DNA of 64,000 nucleotides from the human T2T-CHM13v2.0 reference genome, Homo sapiens, in the NCBI RefSeq assembly GCF_009914755.1, contig NC_060948.1; one strand, given 5' to 3'. Shown in pieces: positions 21,375 to 36,700 of this stretch. Position numbers and translations under genes: made by a program. The notes beneath the pieces were generated by a model. It saw only the letters and a program-made list of their open reading frames with translations, searched no databases and was not told the DNA's origin. How positions within the stretch are numbered: position 1 is the first letter of the stretch; every line of letters starts with the position of its first letter.

Positions 21375-23937
21375 ATGCGCCCTGAGGGCTCGCTGACCTA
21401 TCGGGTGCCAGAGAGGCTGCGGCAGGGTTTCTGTGGCGTGGGTCGGGCAGCACAGGCCTTGGTGTGTGCGAGTGCCAAGGAGGGCACCGCCTTCAGGATG
21501 GAGGCTGTGCAGGAGGGGGCGGCCGGGGTGGAGAGTGAGCAGGCGGCTTTGGGGGAGGAGGCGGTGCTGCTGTTGGATGACATAATGGCGGAGGTGGAGG
21601 TGGTGGCGGAGGAGGAGGGCCTCGTGGAGCGGCGGGAGGAGGCCCAGCGGGCACAGCAGGCTGTGCCTGGCCCTGGGCCCATGACCCCAGAGTCTGCACT
21701 GGAGGAGCTGCTGGCCGTTCAGGTGGAGCTGGAGCCGGTTAATGCCCAAGCCAGGAAGGCCTTTTCTCGGCAGCGGGAAAAGATGGAGCGGAGGCGCAAG
21801 CCCCAGCTAGACCGCAGAGGCGCCGTCATCCAGAGCGTCCCTGGCTTCTGGGCCAATGTTGTATCCTTCTCAGTGTTTCTTCGGCCTTTCTAGTGGAGAG
21901 GTGCTCTCGGGGAAGTGTAAGTGACCGATGGGCAGCTCGGCGTCGATGTGACTCTTTGGGGAACAAAGGGGAGTTGCCACGGACCAGTGTGGCTGTGGAA
22001 AGCCGGAGCAGGCGTGGGTACTATTGTCCTGCATGCGGCAGAGAAACCCTTGGTGATGCCGAGCAGCAGACGTTTGGGGCATCTTTTTGAAGAGCAGAAG
22101 CGAGTTCAGAGCGGAAGAGGTTTTTCAGTGAATGAAGCTATTTTTAAGGGAGTGTGATTGCTGCCCCTTGCTAGTCCGATCTGGGACTGGGCGTCTTCGG
22201 CTATAAGCAGATTCTGCCACTCCTCAGACACCAGCAAGTCTCTGCAAATCGCGCCTCCCCATGTCAGTGCAGTCAGCCTCAGAATCATACACCCTCTGTG
22301 AACACAGGAGGCCTTAGTTTACGGGGACGGGGAGGCGAAAGGAGATCATACATGGAAGCAGATCTGAGAAATCCCCTACCCCAGCCTCTGGGTGCTCTTA
22401 GGCCTTCTTCCCTGTTGCTCCTCGCTTTCCCTTCCATCGTGTGTAAAGTCTCTTTGACCTAAATCAGATTGCAAACCACCCCCAGATGTCAGCCCTGATC
22501 ACTGACGAAGATGAAGACATGCTGAGCTACATGGTCAGCCTGGAGGTGAGGCCAGGAAGACTGGGGCTAGAGGGTTTAGCGGGGGAGGGTAAGGGAAATA
22601 ATTCATTCCTGTAAGCAAGAGTGAGCACCTCACCCGAAAACCTATCTAAGCTTTCTCCACCTTGTCCTGACAGGTGGAAGAAGAGAAGCATCCTGTTCAT
22701 CTCTGCAAGATCATGTTGTTCTTTCGGAGTAACCCCTACTTCCAGAATAAAGTGATTACCAAGGAATATCTGGTGAACATCACAGGTGACAGGTGGCTCC
22801 CAGGATGGGTAGTGGAAGGAAGATGGTGGGTGGATCATTGCCAACGGGATCCAGCCCCCTTCCCACAAAAACTCCTGTCTCTGTAGAATACAGGGCTTCT
22901 CATTCCACTCCAATTGAGTGGTATCCGGATTATGAAGTGGAGGCCTATCGCCGCAGACACCACAACAGCAGCCTTAACTTCTTCAACTGGTTCTCTGACC
23001 ACAACTTCGCAGGATCTAACAAGATTGCTGAGGTGAGTCCTCACTGGGAAACATGAGGAATGACCCCGTGTGTTCCCAGCTGCTTGGGTCACCTTTCTGA
23101 GCCCTGATGAGGCCTTTCCCGATTGAGTCCCCTGACAGATCCTATGTAAGGACCTGTGGCGCAATCCCCTGCAATACTACAAGAGGATGAAGCCACCTGA
23201 AGAGGGAACAGAGACGTCAGGTGAGCCGTTAGTTGGCACTGGAGCTGTTTGATGCCCAGTATAAGGGGGTTGACACACCTGCCTATTCAGGGAGCCTGGG
23301 TGCTCATTTCAGAAATGTAGAAATTGAGGCTCCTTTCGTACATGTAGAAATTCCTTGAGAGGAAGACAGAGAGTGACAGAATCCAGGACGTTCATGGCAT
23401 TGGGCTGAAAAGGCACGTTAGAGACTGCACTGCAAAGCGGGTGATAGCTGTGGAGTCTTAAGCCCAGTGAAGAATCGTCCATTTCCAGAATCAATGAGAA
23501 GTAAAGCTGAAAATCATTCAGTTCAGTCTGTGGCACTTGATTCCACGGCTGTCAACCCCACCGGCAGTCATCCCACCAACCCCATGAGATTGGGCTCCCT
23601 GAATGTGCGTCCTGGTCATCCTTGCCCCAAACCACAAAGGACTGTTTAGATTGATGGATTTCCTTAAGCTGTTGCCCCATCAGACTTGTGTGTGCTTTTA
23701 GGGCCCAGTGCATCTTGTTAGCTGACTCCCCTCACAGACAATACTGGGAATGGGGCAGGGATTGCGCAGAACAGTTTGTAACACGTGGTAGGAGGAAGTT
23801 TAAGGGATCACAAATGGGGAAGGGATATCCTTTTCTCAGCGGGCCCCACAATTGAAACATTGCAAAGTATGGCTCAGAGAAAATGCGTTTTAACATGAGT
23901 TTGTGTTTCTCTAGGGGACTCCCAGTTGTTGAGTTGA
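21375..23937 (+). CDS. TSPY: TSPY copy 2 (intact, 308 aa, H144Q relative to the other copies); exons 21375-21860, 22468-22545, 22674-22785, 22887-23032, 23139-23220, 23915-23937
   Basis: Same exon structure as copy 1 at offset +20310, with CAG instead of CAC at 21804-21806. Confidence 0.96.
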
Positions 23938-26900
23938 ATATGATGGAGCATCAGATTTTACCTAATACAGCAGAACTCCTAAAAAGTTACAGCCATATGC
24001 AGGACGGCAGTACTCAGCATGGTCTTATGCACAGGAACTAAAGGAAAAACAGATCGAGTCACAAAAATTCAGGAAGAGGGGGTAAATGTGGATTGTATGG
24101 AATGAAAAATAAACATTCTCAAGGATGTGTGACTCTGTGTCTGTGTGTGTGTGTGTGTGTCTTTGTGTTTGTGTGTGTGTGTGTGTGTGTATGTTTATCC
24201 ACTTTATTCGGGTGTCATAATGAATTGATCAATCCACGTGCTTTATTCTCTTCATGGAAATAACCAGTCTGCGTTGGAGCTGGGCCTCTAAAGTTGTAGA
24301 GTGAATGGGTGTGGGATGTGTTGGGATTCTTCCTACAGGACAGAGTGGGAGAGGTAAAAGCAAAAGACAGCTTAGTTGGAGGCTGACTTCGTCCTGTGGA
24401 AGCAGAGATAGTTCAAGGAAAGGGGTTACTGGGTTTCCAGGGCCCAGTTTGCTGGGACCTCCAAAATCCTTCATTTTGGGTATCATCATACACAGTAGCT
24501 AAGCACAGGATGATGGAAATCTTAAAGTTCGCTTTCGTGTTGAATCCACATGTTCTTTTAAAGGTGAATGCATGATCCTTTTCTGGGACAATCAGCCTCT
24601 CAGGACTTCTGAAACATCAACGTGAGAAGAAATGGGCATGTAAGGTGTATGGAGGGACTGTGGGAAAGGTGACAGAGGCATGTGGGAAGGCATTCAGGAT
24701 ACGCTTTTGGCATAGATGACTAAGGGAAAACAGAAACTTACAGAAGTGAGGGGAAAGGGGGTGGATTAGTGGAATATAAGATTGTTGGAGAATCCATCCA
24801 TGGACTCTCTTGTCACTTGATGACCCAGGATATGGACACTCTTGTTGATGTTTACATCTTTAGTTGTTTTAAGCTTTTCTCCAAGATTCTGTGTTAGGTG
24901 AGGAGCCAATAACGTATGTAGCTAACAACAGTACGAGTGCATTTTGTGCTCTTGCAAAGTCTAGTGAGGCTCTATTCTCCCTCGTGATTGGCACTGCAGA
25001 TTGTATCTGGAGCCCAGGGCCCCTAAATTTTCTGTGGCCTCTTCAGCATAGTTTGCCTAAGGTTTAGAACGTAAAGCGAATATAGTTGCGGAATATGTTT
25101 TGCAAGCCTCACACAGGAGGACAAAACATACAGCTTTCATTCGCGAGTGGGAGGCTGCTTCCCAGGAACACGTGTGTCTGCACAAGACAAGGGGTTGCCT
25201 CTGTCAAGGATGGGGCAGGAGGATTTCAGTGTCGGAGGCAGAACTTTCTTTCCTGTTCCCAGATGAAACAGTTCCAACACGAGCATCCATGTTGACCACA
25301 CGCTACTAGAGTGCTAACATTGCTGTCCCGTATAGACTCCGGTCAGCACAGCTTCTGTGAGAAGAGCTATGTTGTTTCAGGGAAGAGGGTTTGACAGTCA
25401 AAGTTCCTGAATCTGTTGTGGTGCCTGCAATATGCATTCTACCCCTCCTGCTCGGTGTCAAAGCAGTTGAGCTTTGAAAATCTATCGCCCGGTTTTGTCC
25501 CTGCTCCTATGCAGACCTCTGAAGCTCTGGAGCGGGAGTCTTGTCCTCCTCTGACTACCGTCCCCCTGACCCACAAACACAGGAGAAACAGGTGTTCTAA
25601 GCAAATTATTCTGAAAACAGTCGGAACCCTTTGGCCCCCTCAAGCTGCCCTGTATCCTACTGTGTGCATGTCAAAGACACTGTGGTCCAGTACGGTATCC
25701 CTATAGCGGCAATGGGGCAACAGATTGGTGTGTGCACTCTGGGCAACTCAGATTAGGAAACGTCTGGGGACTTGCCTATAACGAGGTCGTCTTAAAACGT
25801 GTTGCCCCAAATTTAAGGCATAGGAAAATGTTGAGGAAAGGGTCTTGCAATGATTTTTCTAGGAGGTAAATAGATAAGAAAATGACCGTAAATAGATGCC
25901 AGGGCTAGTTTTGGAGCTAGCCTGTTTTAAAGTGGTGGTAGGGGAGGAGCTTTTTCCAAGGCAGGTAGCAAACCAGGAACTGTCTACGATGGATGGGCGT
26001 GCCACGGGTTGGTGGCTCAGCCATATTGCCACCCCACCGACTGAATGCAGCAGACTGGGCTTCTTCCTTGAATCCTACGTGCAATTCAGTCTAGTGATTT
26101 CACATGAGATCCCTTCTTCTGGTATTATCACAGATCGTGCTGAATTATACAGGCTGTGTAATGCTTCTTCCACTGAATATCCGTGCACGTGGGCCACAGA
26201 TGCTAAGGGCACTGACAAATTTGCACCGTGCCTCAGTAACTCGGAAGCACATCTGTGATTTGTACCGACAGGGACTTGGTGTCTTTTCGTGTTTAAAGTA
26301 GCACGTGTGTGTTTGTGGTTGCGTATGTTTATTTCTCTGTGCGGGTTTGTATATTTTCTCTGACTCCACCTGTGTCTCCGTGGTTCCGATATTTTTCCAC
26401 ACTCCCTGCGACAATTTGCACATGCCTATCTCTACAACCATTGTAGACTTTGTATCTGTGTCTTTGAACATCTGTCACTCTCTCTCCCTTCCTTTTTTCT
26501 TTTCCTTCCTTTACACCCCTTTCATCCTTCCCTTGCTTCCCCACCACACTCTCTCCATCTGTATCGTCTATCTTTCTATTCTCTATCTGGGTTTACTTTC
26601 TAATTCTGAATTCAAGGGCATTGAATTGAAAAGAAGCACTCTTCGTACTTTTATGTGTTTTAACTCATTTGGGGAATTTGGCGTGGTATTATTTACAGGG
26701 TTCTCTCTGCCCTTTCTCATTGTTCTCCCCAGCCGGGGCTGTTATTATGTGAAAGCTGGTTTCCTTCATCACATCGCGTAGGCTCTAATGATGTTTCGTT
26801 TATTTTGATTCTCCTCACACTACATAGTTTTAATTTACCTAATGTGACTGTTTTTTTGTTTGTTTTCCGAGAATGGGTCTTACTCTGTCTTCTAGGTTGG

Positions 26901-27565
26901 ACAGCAGCCCCACGATCTCAGCCCACTGCAGCCCAGGCACCACACACCCATGTGATCCTGTCAACTCAGACTCTCACACACCTGGCAGTACAGGTGCATG
27001 CCACCCCTCCAAGCTATGTATTAATTAACTAAATACTTACTTTTTGAATGTGGGTCCATGTTGCCCCAGGCTCATCTGGAACTCCTGAGTGCAGGCAATC
27101 CTCCCACCTCAGCTTATCAAAGTGCTGGGATGACAGGTGTGACCCATGGCCCTGCCATGGCTTTGTGTTTTTTGCTTTTTTCTTCCTCCTCCTCACGTCT
27201 TGTTTTGAAACATGCACTGAAGGTTTCAATTCATGGACTATAGTCTCTGTGCCTGGAATTTCTATCTTTCAACTCATCATCAGCATTCATTGGGATTTTC
27301 ATATATATATACACCTATATAAGAATACCTATGTACACACATATATACGTATATACATGTATATACGTATATATGCACATTTATATACGTATATACATGT
27401 ATATACGTATATATATACATGTACACATATGTATTTATTTCTCAAGTTACGAAACGGCTTGCATTCTTTCCTGTGTCATGAAAAAGACTTTGCTAGAAAA
27501 GAAAAGCACTGCTTTATAATAAAATATTTTATTTGCATTTATTTTGTTAAGGCATTTTAAAAATT

Positions 27566-29307
27566 GTATGTTTGTTTAAAAAATGTCATATGAAATGATA
27601 CATATTTACAACTTAAGGCGTGATGTTCAACAGGTCATATACATTATGCATTGGATACATCCAGCCAATCAACATATGTGTGACCTCACATAGTTGTCAT
27701 TTTTGTTGTGAAAAAACTTGACCTGCACTGTATTCGAATATTTTTAGAGAAAGAATATGTTACCACTAGTTATAGTGAGCATGCTGAAGAAAATATTTTT
27801 AACCTATTCCTCCTTTATAACTAGAAGTATGAGTTCTTCATCCAGCATCTCGTCAGTGCACCCTCTTCACCGCAGTCATTGGAGTCACTACTTCTGTGAA
27901 GTCCGCTTTTTTGATTTCATATAAGAATGAGATCATGTGCTATTTTCCTTTCTGATACCTGGCTTATGTCACTTAACAGAATGGCATGCACACATTCAGC
28001 AGATTCCCACACATTCTCACAACTGGCAGGATTTCCTGATTTCTTATTGCAGCGCATATTTCCGTTGCGCATATGCGTTTTTGCCCCATTTTTTAATCCA
28101 CTTATCAATGGAGGGACACTCAGGTTGCTTCCGCATTTTGGCTACAGCAAAAATGTAATGAGTGCAGCAATAATTGCATGGGTGCGCGCACCGCTTCAAC
28201 ATACTGATCTGTGTACTGGCGGGCGTGCCCGGGTATTCTGATTTGCTGGATCATATAGTGGGTGGTTCTACTTGTAGATTTCTGAAGGCTGTTTATACTT
28301 AAATAAGAGCCATAAAGCTTCTTTAATGCCAGCACTAATTTACATTCTCCCCAAAAGTGAGCAGGGAATTCGTTTTCTCTGCCTCCTCACCAGAGATTAG
28401 GGTTTTCTTTTCTTTCTTTTTTTTTTTTTTGTTTGTTTGTCTTTCGGATAATATGCATTCTGACTGAAGTGAGAAGAAATCTCATTGTGTTTTTGATTTG
28501 CATTTTCGTGATGGATTGGGGATAATGAGGAATTTTTAGTGTGTCTTCTGGGCAACTGTATGTCTCAGTTTCACAAATGAGTCTTCGCAGCCTTCGCCCA
28601 TTTGTTTTCATGCTATTGAGTTGTTGGGAGTTCCTTATGTACTGTGACTATTCCCCCATGAACAGATGTATGGTGATCCAATCATTGCTCCCATCCTGTA
28701 GGATGCCCCTTCTGTATGTTGAGTTTTCTATGGTGTGGTGAAGCACTTTAGTTTGATATGATTCCATTCTCTATTTTTGATGGTGTTTACTGTGTTCTTG
28801 CAGTCACTTTGAGACCATCATTGCACACACGGACGCCATGGAGCTTCTTCCTTGTGATCTCTTCTGCTATTTTTATCGTTTCACATCTGACACTGGAGTT
28901 TGGTGATAAATAATCCACTTGTAAAATCCTTTGTGTGGCTATTCAGATTTCCCCAACCTAGTTTATAGAAGATACTTGATTTTGCATTGGGCGTTCTTGC
29001 TTCTTTGGGAAAAGGCTGTGAGCTGCAAATGCAGTGACTTAGTTCTGGGCTCCTGTTGTTTTTCCTAAGCTCTAGTCTCTGCTTTTCTGCCAGTGCTATT
29101 GTATTTTGGTACAAAAAGTTTTGTAGTAGTATATCATGAAGTTAGGTAGTGTGGTGGCTCCAGCTTTGTGCTTTTTACTGGATTGCTCTGGGTTTTCAGG
29201 ATCTTCTGCCATTTCATAGCAAATTTGGGATTCCCAGATTGTTTTTCTAAGAAGAATGTGTCATTGATATTTTTACAGGGGTTGTATAGAATCTGAGGAT
29301 GACTCAG
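27566..29307 (-). mobile_element. Old L1 3' fragment, unit 2
   Basis: Copy of 7290-9030. Confidence 0.82.
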
Positions 29308-30018
29308 GTAGTAGTGATGTCAATGCCGTTTAGACAATGTGCGTGTTTGTGTGCACAAGCTCAGGGCCAAGAGACACTGGGTGTCCTCACCAATACTGAG
29401 GTGGGCCTTAATATCCAGCCAGATTGCCTTCTGGAAACACACGGAATGTCCTGTTCTGTTTTGCCATCTCTTCACATTTCCTCCCCTGTGAGCCCTGTGT
29501 GGTCCTCCAGATTCCCTGTGCGGTGGCCTGCCTTTTTTGGGGTGGGGAGTTGCTGGGTGAATGAGGATGGCGGAGGGAACCAAGCATGTCAGTGGAGCGT
29601 GGTGTCATCCAAACGGTACTTAGCAGGCCTGGGAGAGTCATTCTGGGAGGACGCAGACCTAGAGAGGCCTCAGGTGGGCATCTGTGTGGAGGGTGAGAGA
29701 TCCCTGGTTGAGCCCAAACTGAACCCCAGGTAGAAGCAAGCCTCAGGACAGGGAAGTAGCTAGCAAGGGATGATGAGGCAGCTATCTCTTGACCCTGGCT
29801 TCCCACCCATTGACCTTAGCTACTTATGCCTATTAAGCAGATTACGGTTCCCCCATCGTGAAATGTGGGTACCACAGTTCCCTGATGGGCATTTCTCCAC
29901 CAGCCCATGATGGCCTGAGTTTCCTTACTGCAGTCTCCTCCCTGAGCCTTGGCTTCTCTATGTGTGTCCTAACTCCAGGACCCACAGGCCTGTCAACCCC
30001 CAGCCCTGGGCTGCTTCC

Positions 30019-30767
30019 CTGGCCTCTTCTCTGTTCCCTCTCTGAGGGCCTAACTCCCTTGGGTAGTGCTGCAGAATATAGAGCCACAGGCCCTGGCTGA
30101 TGATCTGGTGGACTGGGCAAATTGGTCGTGACAGGTCAGGTTCTGGTTCAAAGCCAATTCCTCCGATGCCAAGGAATGTCGAAGAAGGTCCTTTGCCATG
30201 ATGCCCCATAGCTGCCCCACCTCAGCAATCGTGCCGTAACCTGGGCCCTCACAGTCAGACAACCAGCTGAAGAAGCTCAGGCAGTGACCTGCGGGAAACT
30301 CGGGCTTTCACCTGCATGACCCTAGAACCACTGGACTGCAGTGGAGCCAGTCGCCCTGTATCCTGGAGGGAGACGAGTCAGGAAGGCGCACGCCAGGCCC
30401 AGCTCCCGAGGTACTACCCCCTCTACTCCTCAGGGAGGATGCCAACGCAATACTCCTTAGTCATCACTTTGTTTCCGAAGTAAATGTTGTGATGAAAGGC
30501 AAACTTCTTCCTACCCCTTGTATTCAGGGTGGCCGAGTTCCTCCACCTGCCTGTCCAAGAAGGAGAAACAGGGCTGTGAAGGGGCAATTTCATCTAGGTG
30601 GGCTGAGGTGGCATTCTAGCCGGGGTGAAGCATGCGTTTCCCCTTCCCAGCTTTCCCGCTGAGACACACCTGAGCCCCAGAAGGACCTCAACCTGACCAG
30701 GACCTTAGCACCCTCCCCCAGACCCAGGCTTTCCATCCTGACCTGCAAATCCAACATGCAGCTTTGA
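30019..30767 (-). pseudogene. TSPY pseudogene fragment (paralog B), unit 2
   Basis: Copy of 9742-10490 at +20277. Confidence 0.8.
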
Positions 30768-33700
30768 AGGACTTTCTCATGGTTTCTGAGCTCCTTGCTC
30801 TCACCAGAAAGAATCAGAACTTTTAAAGTGTTCTTTATGCCAACTTAAATTTTTCATTTTTACTACCTCATGTTTTGGATGAGGCATGTATTTTTAAATT
30901 TATTTTCACCCTTATTGTACCTCTATGATAAACTGCTTGCTTACATTCATACCGTAATTATCTCTCAGGTTACTTGTCTGTTCCTAAAGATTCACTGAAA
31001 CGAAGAATTCTATATATGCTTGTATCTTTCAGCAACCGTATGTCAGATAGCACTGCACATTACTGCAGACATCGCATATACAGGTCCAAAGGTAGAGGAA
31101 GAAGAAGAAAGCAAGCGTTAAACTCTATTCATTCCTAAAAGCATATCAGAAACTCACAAATAACAGTGAAATCAAAGAATGATCACAGCCAATTCCATTA
31201 CATACCTAGACTGAAATACGAAACTTCAAAGAAAAGAAACATTAGAACTTTGGGTTTGTAAAAATTTTCCTATATAGATAAAATTATTGGTAACTGTGTC
31301 TCACTAGAAAACGTAAACAAAAATCCATGTTTTTCATATTTGTAAATATACATAGTTTTATTTCCATCAGTTATGACATGCAAGCAAGTAATAAAGTGAA
31401 AGTACAATCAAATGATATATGGAACTTCCTCAGTCTTAAAATATTCCATGGAGACTATCAATTTTATGAAAACTATAAAGAATGCTTCATGAAACTACAT
31501 TGTACAGTGCCATTTACTATTTTACTGACATTTTAAATAATCAACAATTAAAGGGAATACGTCAACATTATTTAATACCAATAACGTTATTTTTCTTGAG
31601 TAATCCTGTTGAAATTAAGGATTTTAAATAAAACATTAAAAACAAATTATATTGACTGATTTCAGCTTTGGATGAAATCATACTTGTGTATTTGTAGTAA
31701 TGCGAAGCATAACTTTCTCCTCACAATTAATCTTTTATAACATCGGTGTTATAGTTTTCTCTGACACCAACATTGTGATATCGCACAGGTTTACTGCATG
31801 CATGCATTACATGCCTCCAGAGAGTAGGCTTCAAATATATGGAAAAATTATATTTATGAAAAAATTCTAGGAAAGGGAATGGTGAAATGGAAGAGAATTT
31901 CTCACTTGCTAACTGTTGGACATGGATTTGTATATATTTGGATATAGACACATACTGGCACACTGTGAGTTTGCCCATGTATATATACACTTATATGAGA
32001 AACCCATAATATATGGGTTGTGTAATCTTTTAATTAATCCATAATTGTATGTGTGTGAAATTAGATAAGCGGTTACCTTTTCTTTACTCAATTTGATGGA
32101 AAGCCAAAAAACTCTGTCCACCTTCATTTCAATTAATCCAATACTGTTAACTGCTGGTAGCTTCATTCTCCTTGTTCTCTTACGGCAACCGGAAAGTTAA
32201 TTCTCGCTCTAATTTGGCTTTCAAGGTGCGATCAACAAGAGTGTCACCTTGCTGTGGATTGTGACCTCTGACTCCACCTCTGTCTTCCTTTTGCAGTCCT
32301 ACCTTTGCATAGGTAACAAACTTTGTACATGGTTAAAAGGATAAAAGTTCAGTGAAATGTCAAGCCATGCTGTGAAATGTTCCATAGTTTCTATATCTCT
32401 AATTGTCCTTTGATGTTATAGAGGCAAGAAAAATAATTCAATGTTTTTCTTAGTATCTAGTCCAATGCACTCTTTCTTCATAATACTGCAAACAAGGCAC
32501 TGACATGGAAACGTGGCTGGACGTCTCAAAATCTCTTCTCATTAATTACCATTATGTTAATCACTGTTGCCCACAACTGGAATTGGACTTTGAAATCCCC
32601 TGGTGGAAATTGCTATAATGGCTCAAACTACTGGAAAGACTATCTTTTTTTTACCTGAAAATATCTGATGAGCATAGACGTATGCTATATACAGGAACAT
32701 ATTGTACATTAACAACATACCATCACTGCCACTCAATAATAGGTATCCCAAACCTTTGAGCCAAACTGAGCTCGGGTGCTCCCACAAACCAAGCTTTTCC
32801 CTCCACAGATTTCTTATGTCAAAAAGCCACAACTCCAGGCCAGGCTTCGTGGCTCTTGTTGTAATTTCTACATTTTGGGAGGCCGAGGTTGGTGGGTCAC
32901 TTGAGGTCAGGAGTTGGAGACCAGCATGGGCAACATGGCAAAAAGCTGTCTCTACCAAAAATACAAAAATTAGCCAGACCTAGTGGCACTTTCCTGTGGT
33001 CCCAGCTACTTGGGAGGCTGAGGCAGGAGAACCACCTGAACATGGGTGGCAGAGATTGTATAGTAAGCCAAGATCAGACTACTGCACTCCAGCCTGGATG
33101 ACACAGCGAGACCATGACTGAAAAAAGAAAAAAAAAAAATAAAGGCAACTCCACTCGTCCACTGGCTTAGGTAAAAAGTACTGGAGTTGGCTGGGCTCGG
33201 TGGCTCACACCTGTATTCCCAGCACTTTGGATTTTGGGAAGCTGAGTCGGGCGGGTCACCTGAGATCTGTAGTAGGAGAGCAGCCTGGCCAACATGGTGA
33301 AGCCTGGCTTCTACTAAAAATACAAAACATTAGCTGAGCGTGGTGATGCATGCTTGTAATCCCAGCTACTGCAGAGGCTGAACCTGGGAGGCGGAGGATG
33401 TGTTGAGCTGAGATCCTGCCACTGCGCTCCAGCCTGGTCTACAGAGCGAGAGTACCCTGTGAGAAACAAAGGTGAAGAGAACAAGAAAAAAAAAATGAGA
33501 AAAATAAGACCCACTGCAAAAGGTTGCCACAGAAAAGATTAAACATTTCAGCAACTTCTATCTTCTGTCATGGAAGCCAAGGTTATTTGGACCAAACCTC
33601 CTGTCTTAGTTCATTTTCACGCTGCTGAAGAAGACATACCTGAAACTGGGAATAAAAGGAGGTTTAATTGGACTGACAGTTCCACATGGCTGTGGAGGCC

Positions 33701-36700
33701 TCAGAATCATGGTATACGAATAAAGGCACTTCTTACATGGCAATGCCAAGAGAGAATGAGGAAGAACCTGAGGCAGAAACCCCTGAAAAACCCATCAGAT
33801 CCCGTGAGACTTCTTCACTGTCACAAGAATAGCATGAGAAAGACCGACCCCCATGATTCAATTACCTCCCCCTGGGTCCCACCCGCAACACGAGGGAATT
33901 CTGGGAGATACAATTGAAGCTGAGATTTGAATGGAGACACACCAAACCATGTCACTTCCCAAACAATTAAAAATTCCCAATAGAAGAAGCATTAATTATA
34001 TCAAAAAGTGGTGGACCAAGAAGGAACTATTAGCCTCATATCTCAAGAAAGACTCCAGTCAAGGCCTAGGGACTACTCATGAAAAGAGTTTAATAGCCGA
34101 CTCTCTCCCAGTGGATCTGGATTCCACCGGACTGTATCTTCACAGTAAGGGTGAAACAGAAGCAAACCCATTCCTATTTCCAAGCTCAAGGAACTTTGGT
34201 CAAAGTTCTCTTGGAGCTGAGCAGAACAAGGAGGCAAACAGAAAAGATTTGTGTCCCTGAGAAGTCATGGCCACAGGCTGGCTATCACACAGATTGTCAA
34301 GCCAGTTCCATATTGCATGGGTATTACAGAAAATCTCAAAACATAAATTTGTGTGTGGGTTGTCCCAGAGTAGCAGGATCTGGCAGAAGGAAATTTCCTT
34401 CTAACCCTCAAAGAATCCACATAAATCTTGTTACATTTGGGATTTTACGATTTGCTTCAGGAATGAGAATGGCCTTAATTTTCATATCTTTTTCTACACT
34501 CAGTTTATGGCTTGTTGGCGTCAAAGTTCTGCTTGCTTCACACAATGAGTTTAGGATTTTCCCTTTTTTATTCTATAGAATTCTTCATATATATTGAAAT
34601 GCTCTGCCTGGGGAAAAAAATCTGAGCCTAGCGTTTTATCTCTAGGAAGAATCCTTTATTTCCTTGAACATTTATGAGACTATACAGATTATATATGTCT
34701 TCTTGTATCAATTTTACTAAGCTATATACATAGCTTATGTTTATATATTATATATATAAATGTAAGATACAAATATAAAAATTATGTATAAATATGAAAA
34801 TATATATAGAAAGCGATATATATGTCTATATATATAGACAGATTATAAATATCTGTCTATTTGATCTAAGTTTTCAAATTTGTAGGTTAAGGTGTTAACG
34901 ATATTTCCTTATTAGCTTCTTAATCTATGCTGTATCTATGGTTGTGTACCTTTTAAATTCTTAGTTTTATCTATGTTTTCTCCCTTTTTTTCTAAACTTG
35001 ACTGACGGTTGCATCATTTATTATATTTCTCCAACAAGCAAAGGTTAGCTTTGTATGTTTTACTAATTTTGTCTACATCATTATTCCCACACTTTAGTTT
35101 TTCAGAATTGATTCTGTTGTTTCTTTTCTAATTCTTTATTGAAATATCTAGTACATTAATTTTCAAGTTATTAGAGAAATATTTGTCTGTAAACTCCTAT
35201 TGTAATATCACTTTTCTTGCTACTCACAGATTTAATCTTTAATATTGGCGGTATCATTGAGTTCTAAGTACATTTCAATTCCTAGTATGATAATCTATGA
35301 ATTGCTGAGAAATAGTGTTTACAATTTTGTTGTTCTATTTCCACTTAAGTTTATTTTTACTTCTGCTAACTCAATTGAAAATTCTTTACTAATTTTTAAA
35401 ATCCTTGAACCCAAGAGATGGAGGTTGCAGTGAGCTGAGATCAGGCCACTGCATTCCAGACTGAGTGACAGAGTGGAACGAGATTTCAAAACAAAACAAA
35501 ACAAAACAAAACAAAACAGTCACTGGAAAGATAATAAAATACATAAATGTGGGATGTAATATGTAATCGTGATAAAATAAACTGGATTTTTTGTATAAGT
35601 TATACATATAAATGTAATGCCAAGACACTGATAAGACAACTCATGGTCTTATCTCAATACTTAGTGTCTTCATGTAACATATGTCCTTTAGGATAGTTAT
35701 AGTCCGTTTTCTTTCCAGGAGAGACAGATGAGAATGCAGAAATGTTAAAGTGCAAGGGACGGAAGCTTCCAGCTGTGCCCACCTGTAACCTGACGTAGAC
35801 AGTTCCACCGTTTGCTTCATTAATCATGCCAAAGGCTCTAATGCAAATGTGGTACAGAGTCACATGTTTTTGTATCTACATGATAGAAACTATAACTTCA
35901 TCCCTATATAGAAGGGTATATAGCATATGCCTCAGTGATAAATATAAGTGAATCATTGATCAGTAGGAAACCATTTTAAAAGTCTTTCATAACAGAACAA
36001 AATCCCTGAAAACATTTTCTTCTCAATCTCTGAGTTTTCTTACACGGCTTATGAATCTCTAGCCATACTAAAGAGATAGTATGCTGCTCTTCCCACAAAT
36101 TATTCATTGTATATAATTCCTGTAATCTAATAACAGTACCTTTACACCTCAGGGTTTAAAATGACTCCAACCTTTTTCTGTTTCTCCAATTAAAATAACT
36201 TTTTTAAGGTTTAATCTTCAGTAATTTTTTGTAGTAATATTTTTGAAGGTATTTGACCAGGATGATTTGCTTATATACCTACCTGACGTCTCCCTTTCTT
36301 CTGAATACATATTTTATTACCCACCTATTAGATCTAAGTTTAAGAAGTTGGAATAGGGATTTAAATCTAAATTCTACATTTGAATTTACAGGAGTCAGCG
36401 AGTCCGGGAAGTGCCTTTATGCACAGACCAATATCTGGCAATGGCACTAGGAGACAAATAAGCTTTACCAGTCTCAAAGCCCTGGCTACTACAGTGAATC
36501 CACCCTTCTCCTGGATCTTATCTACTTCAGCAAAAGAAGGCCACCCACTAAACCAGGCCCTTGTACTTTGGGTGGAAACTCCTAAGTCCTCTAGTCTCCT
36601 CAAACAGACAGCCAGGCTGCCAATTTCCACAATAATAATTTCTATAGCACTGAGTCTTTGGTAGCCTTGTAACTATAGCTACTGATGCTACAGTCTGGTC

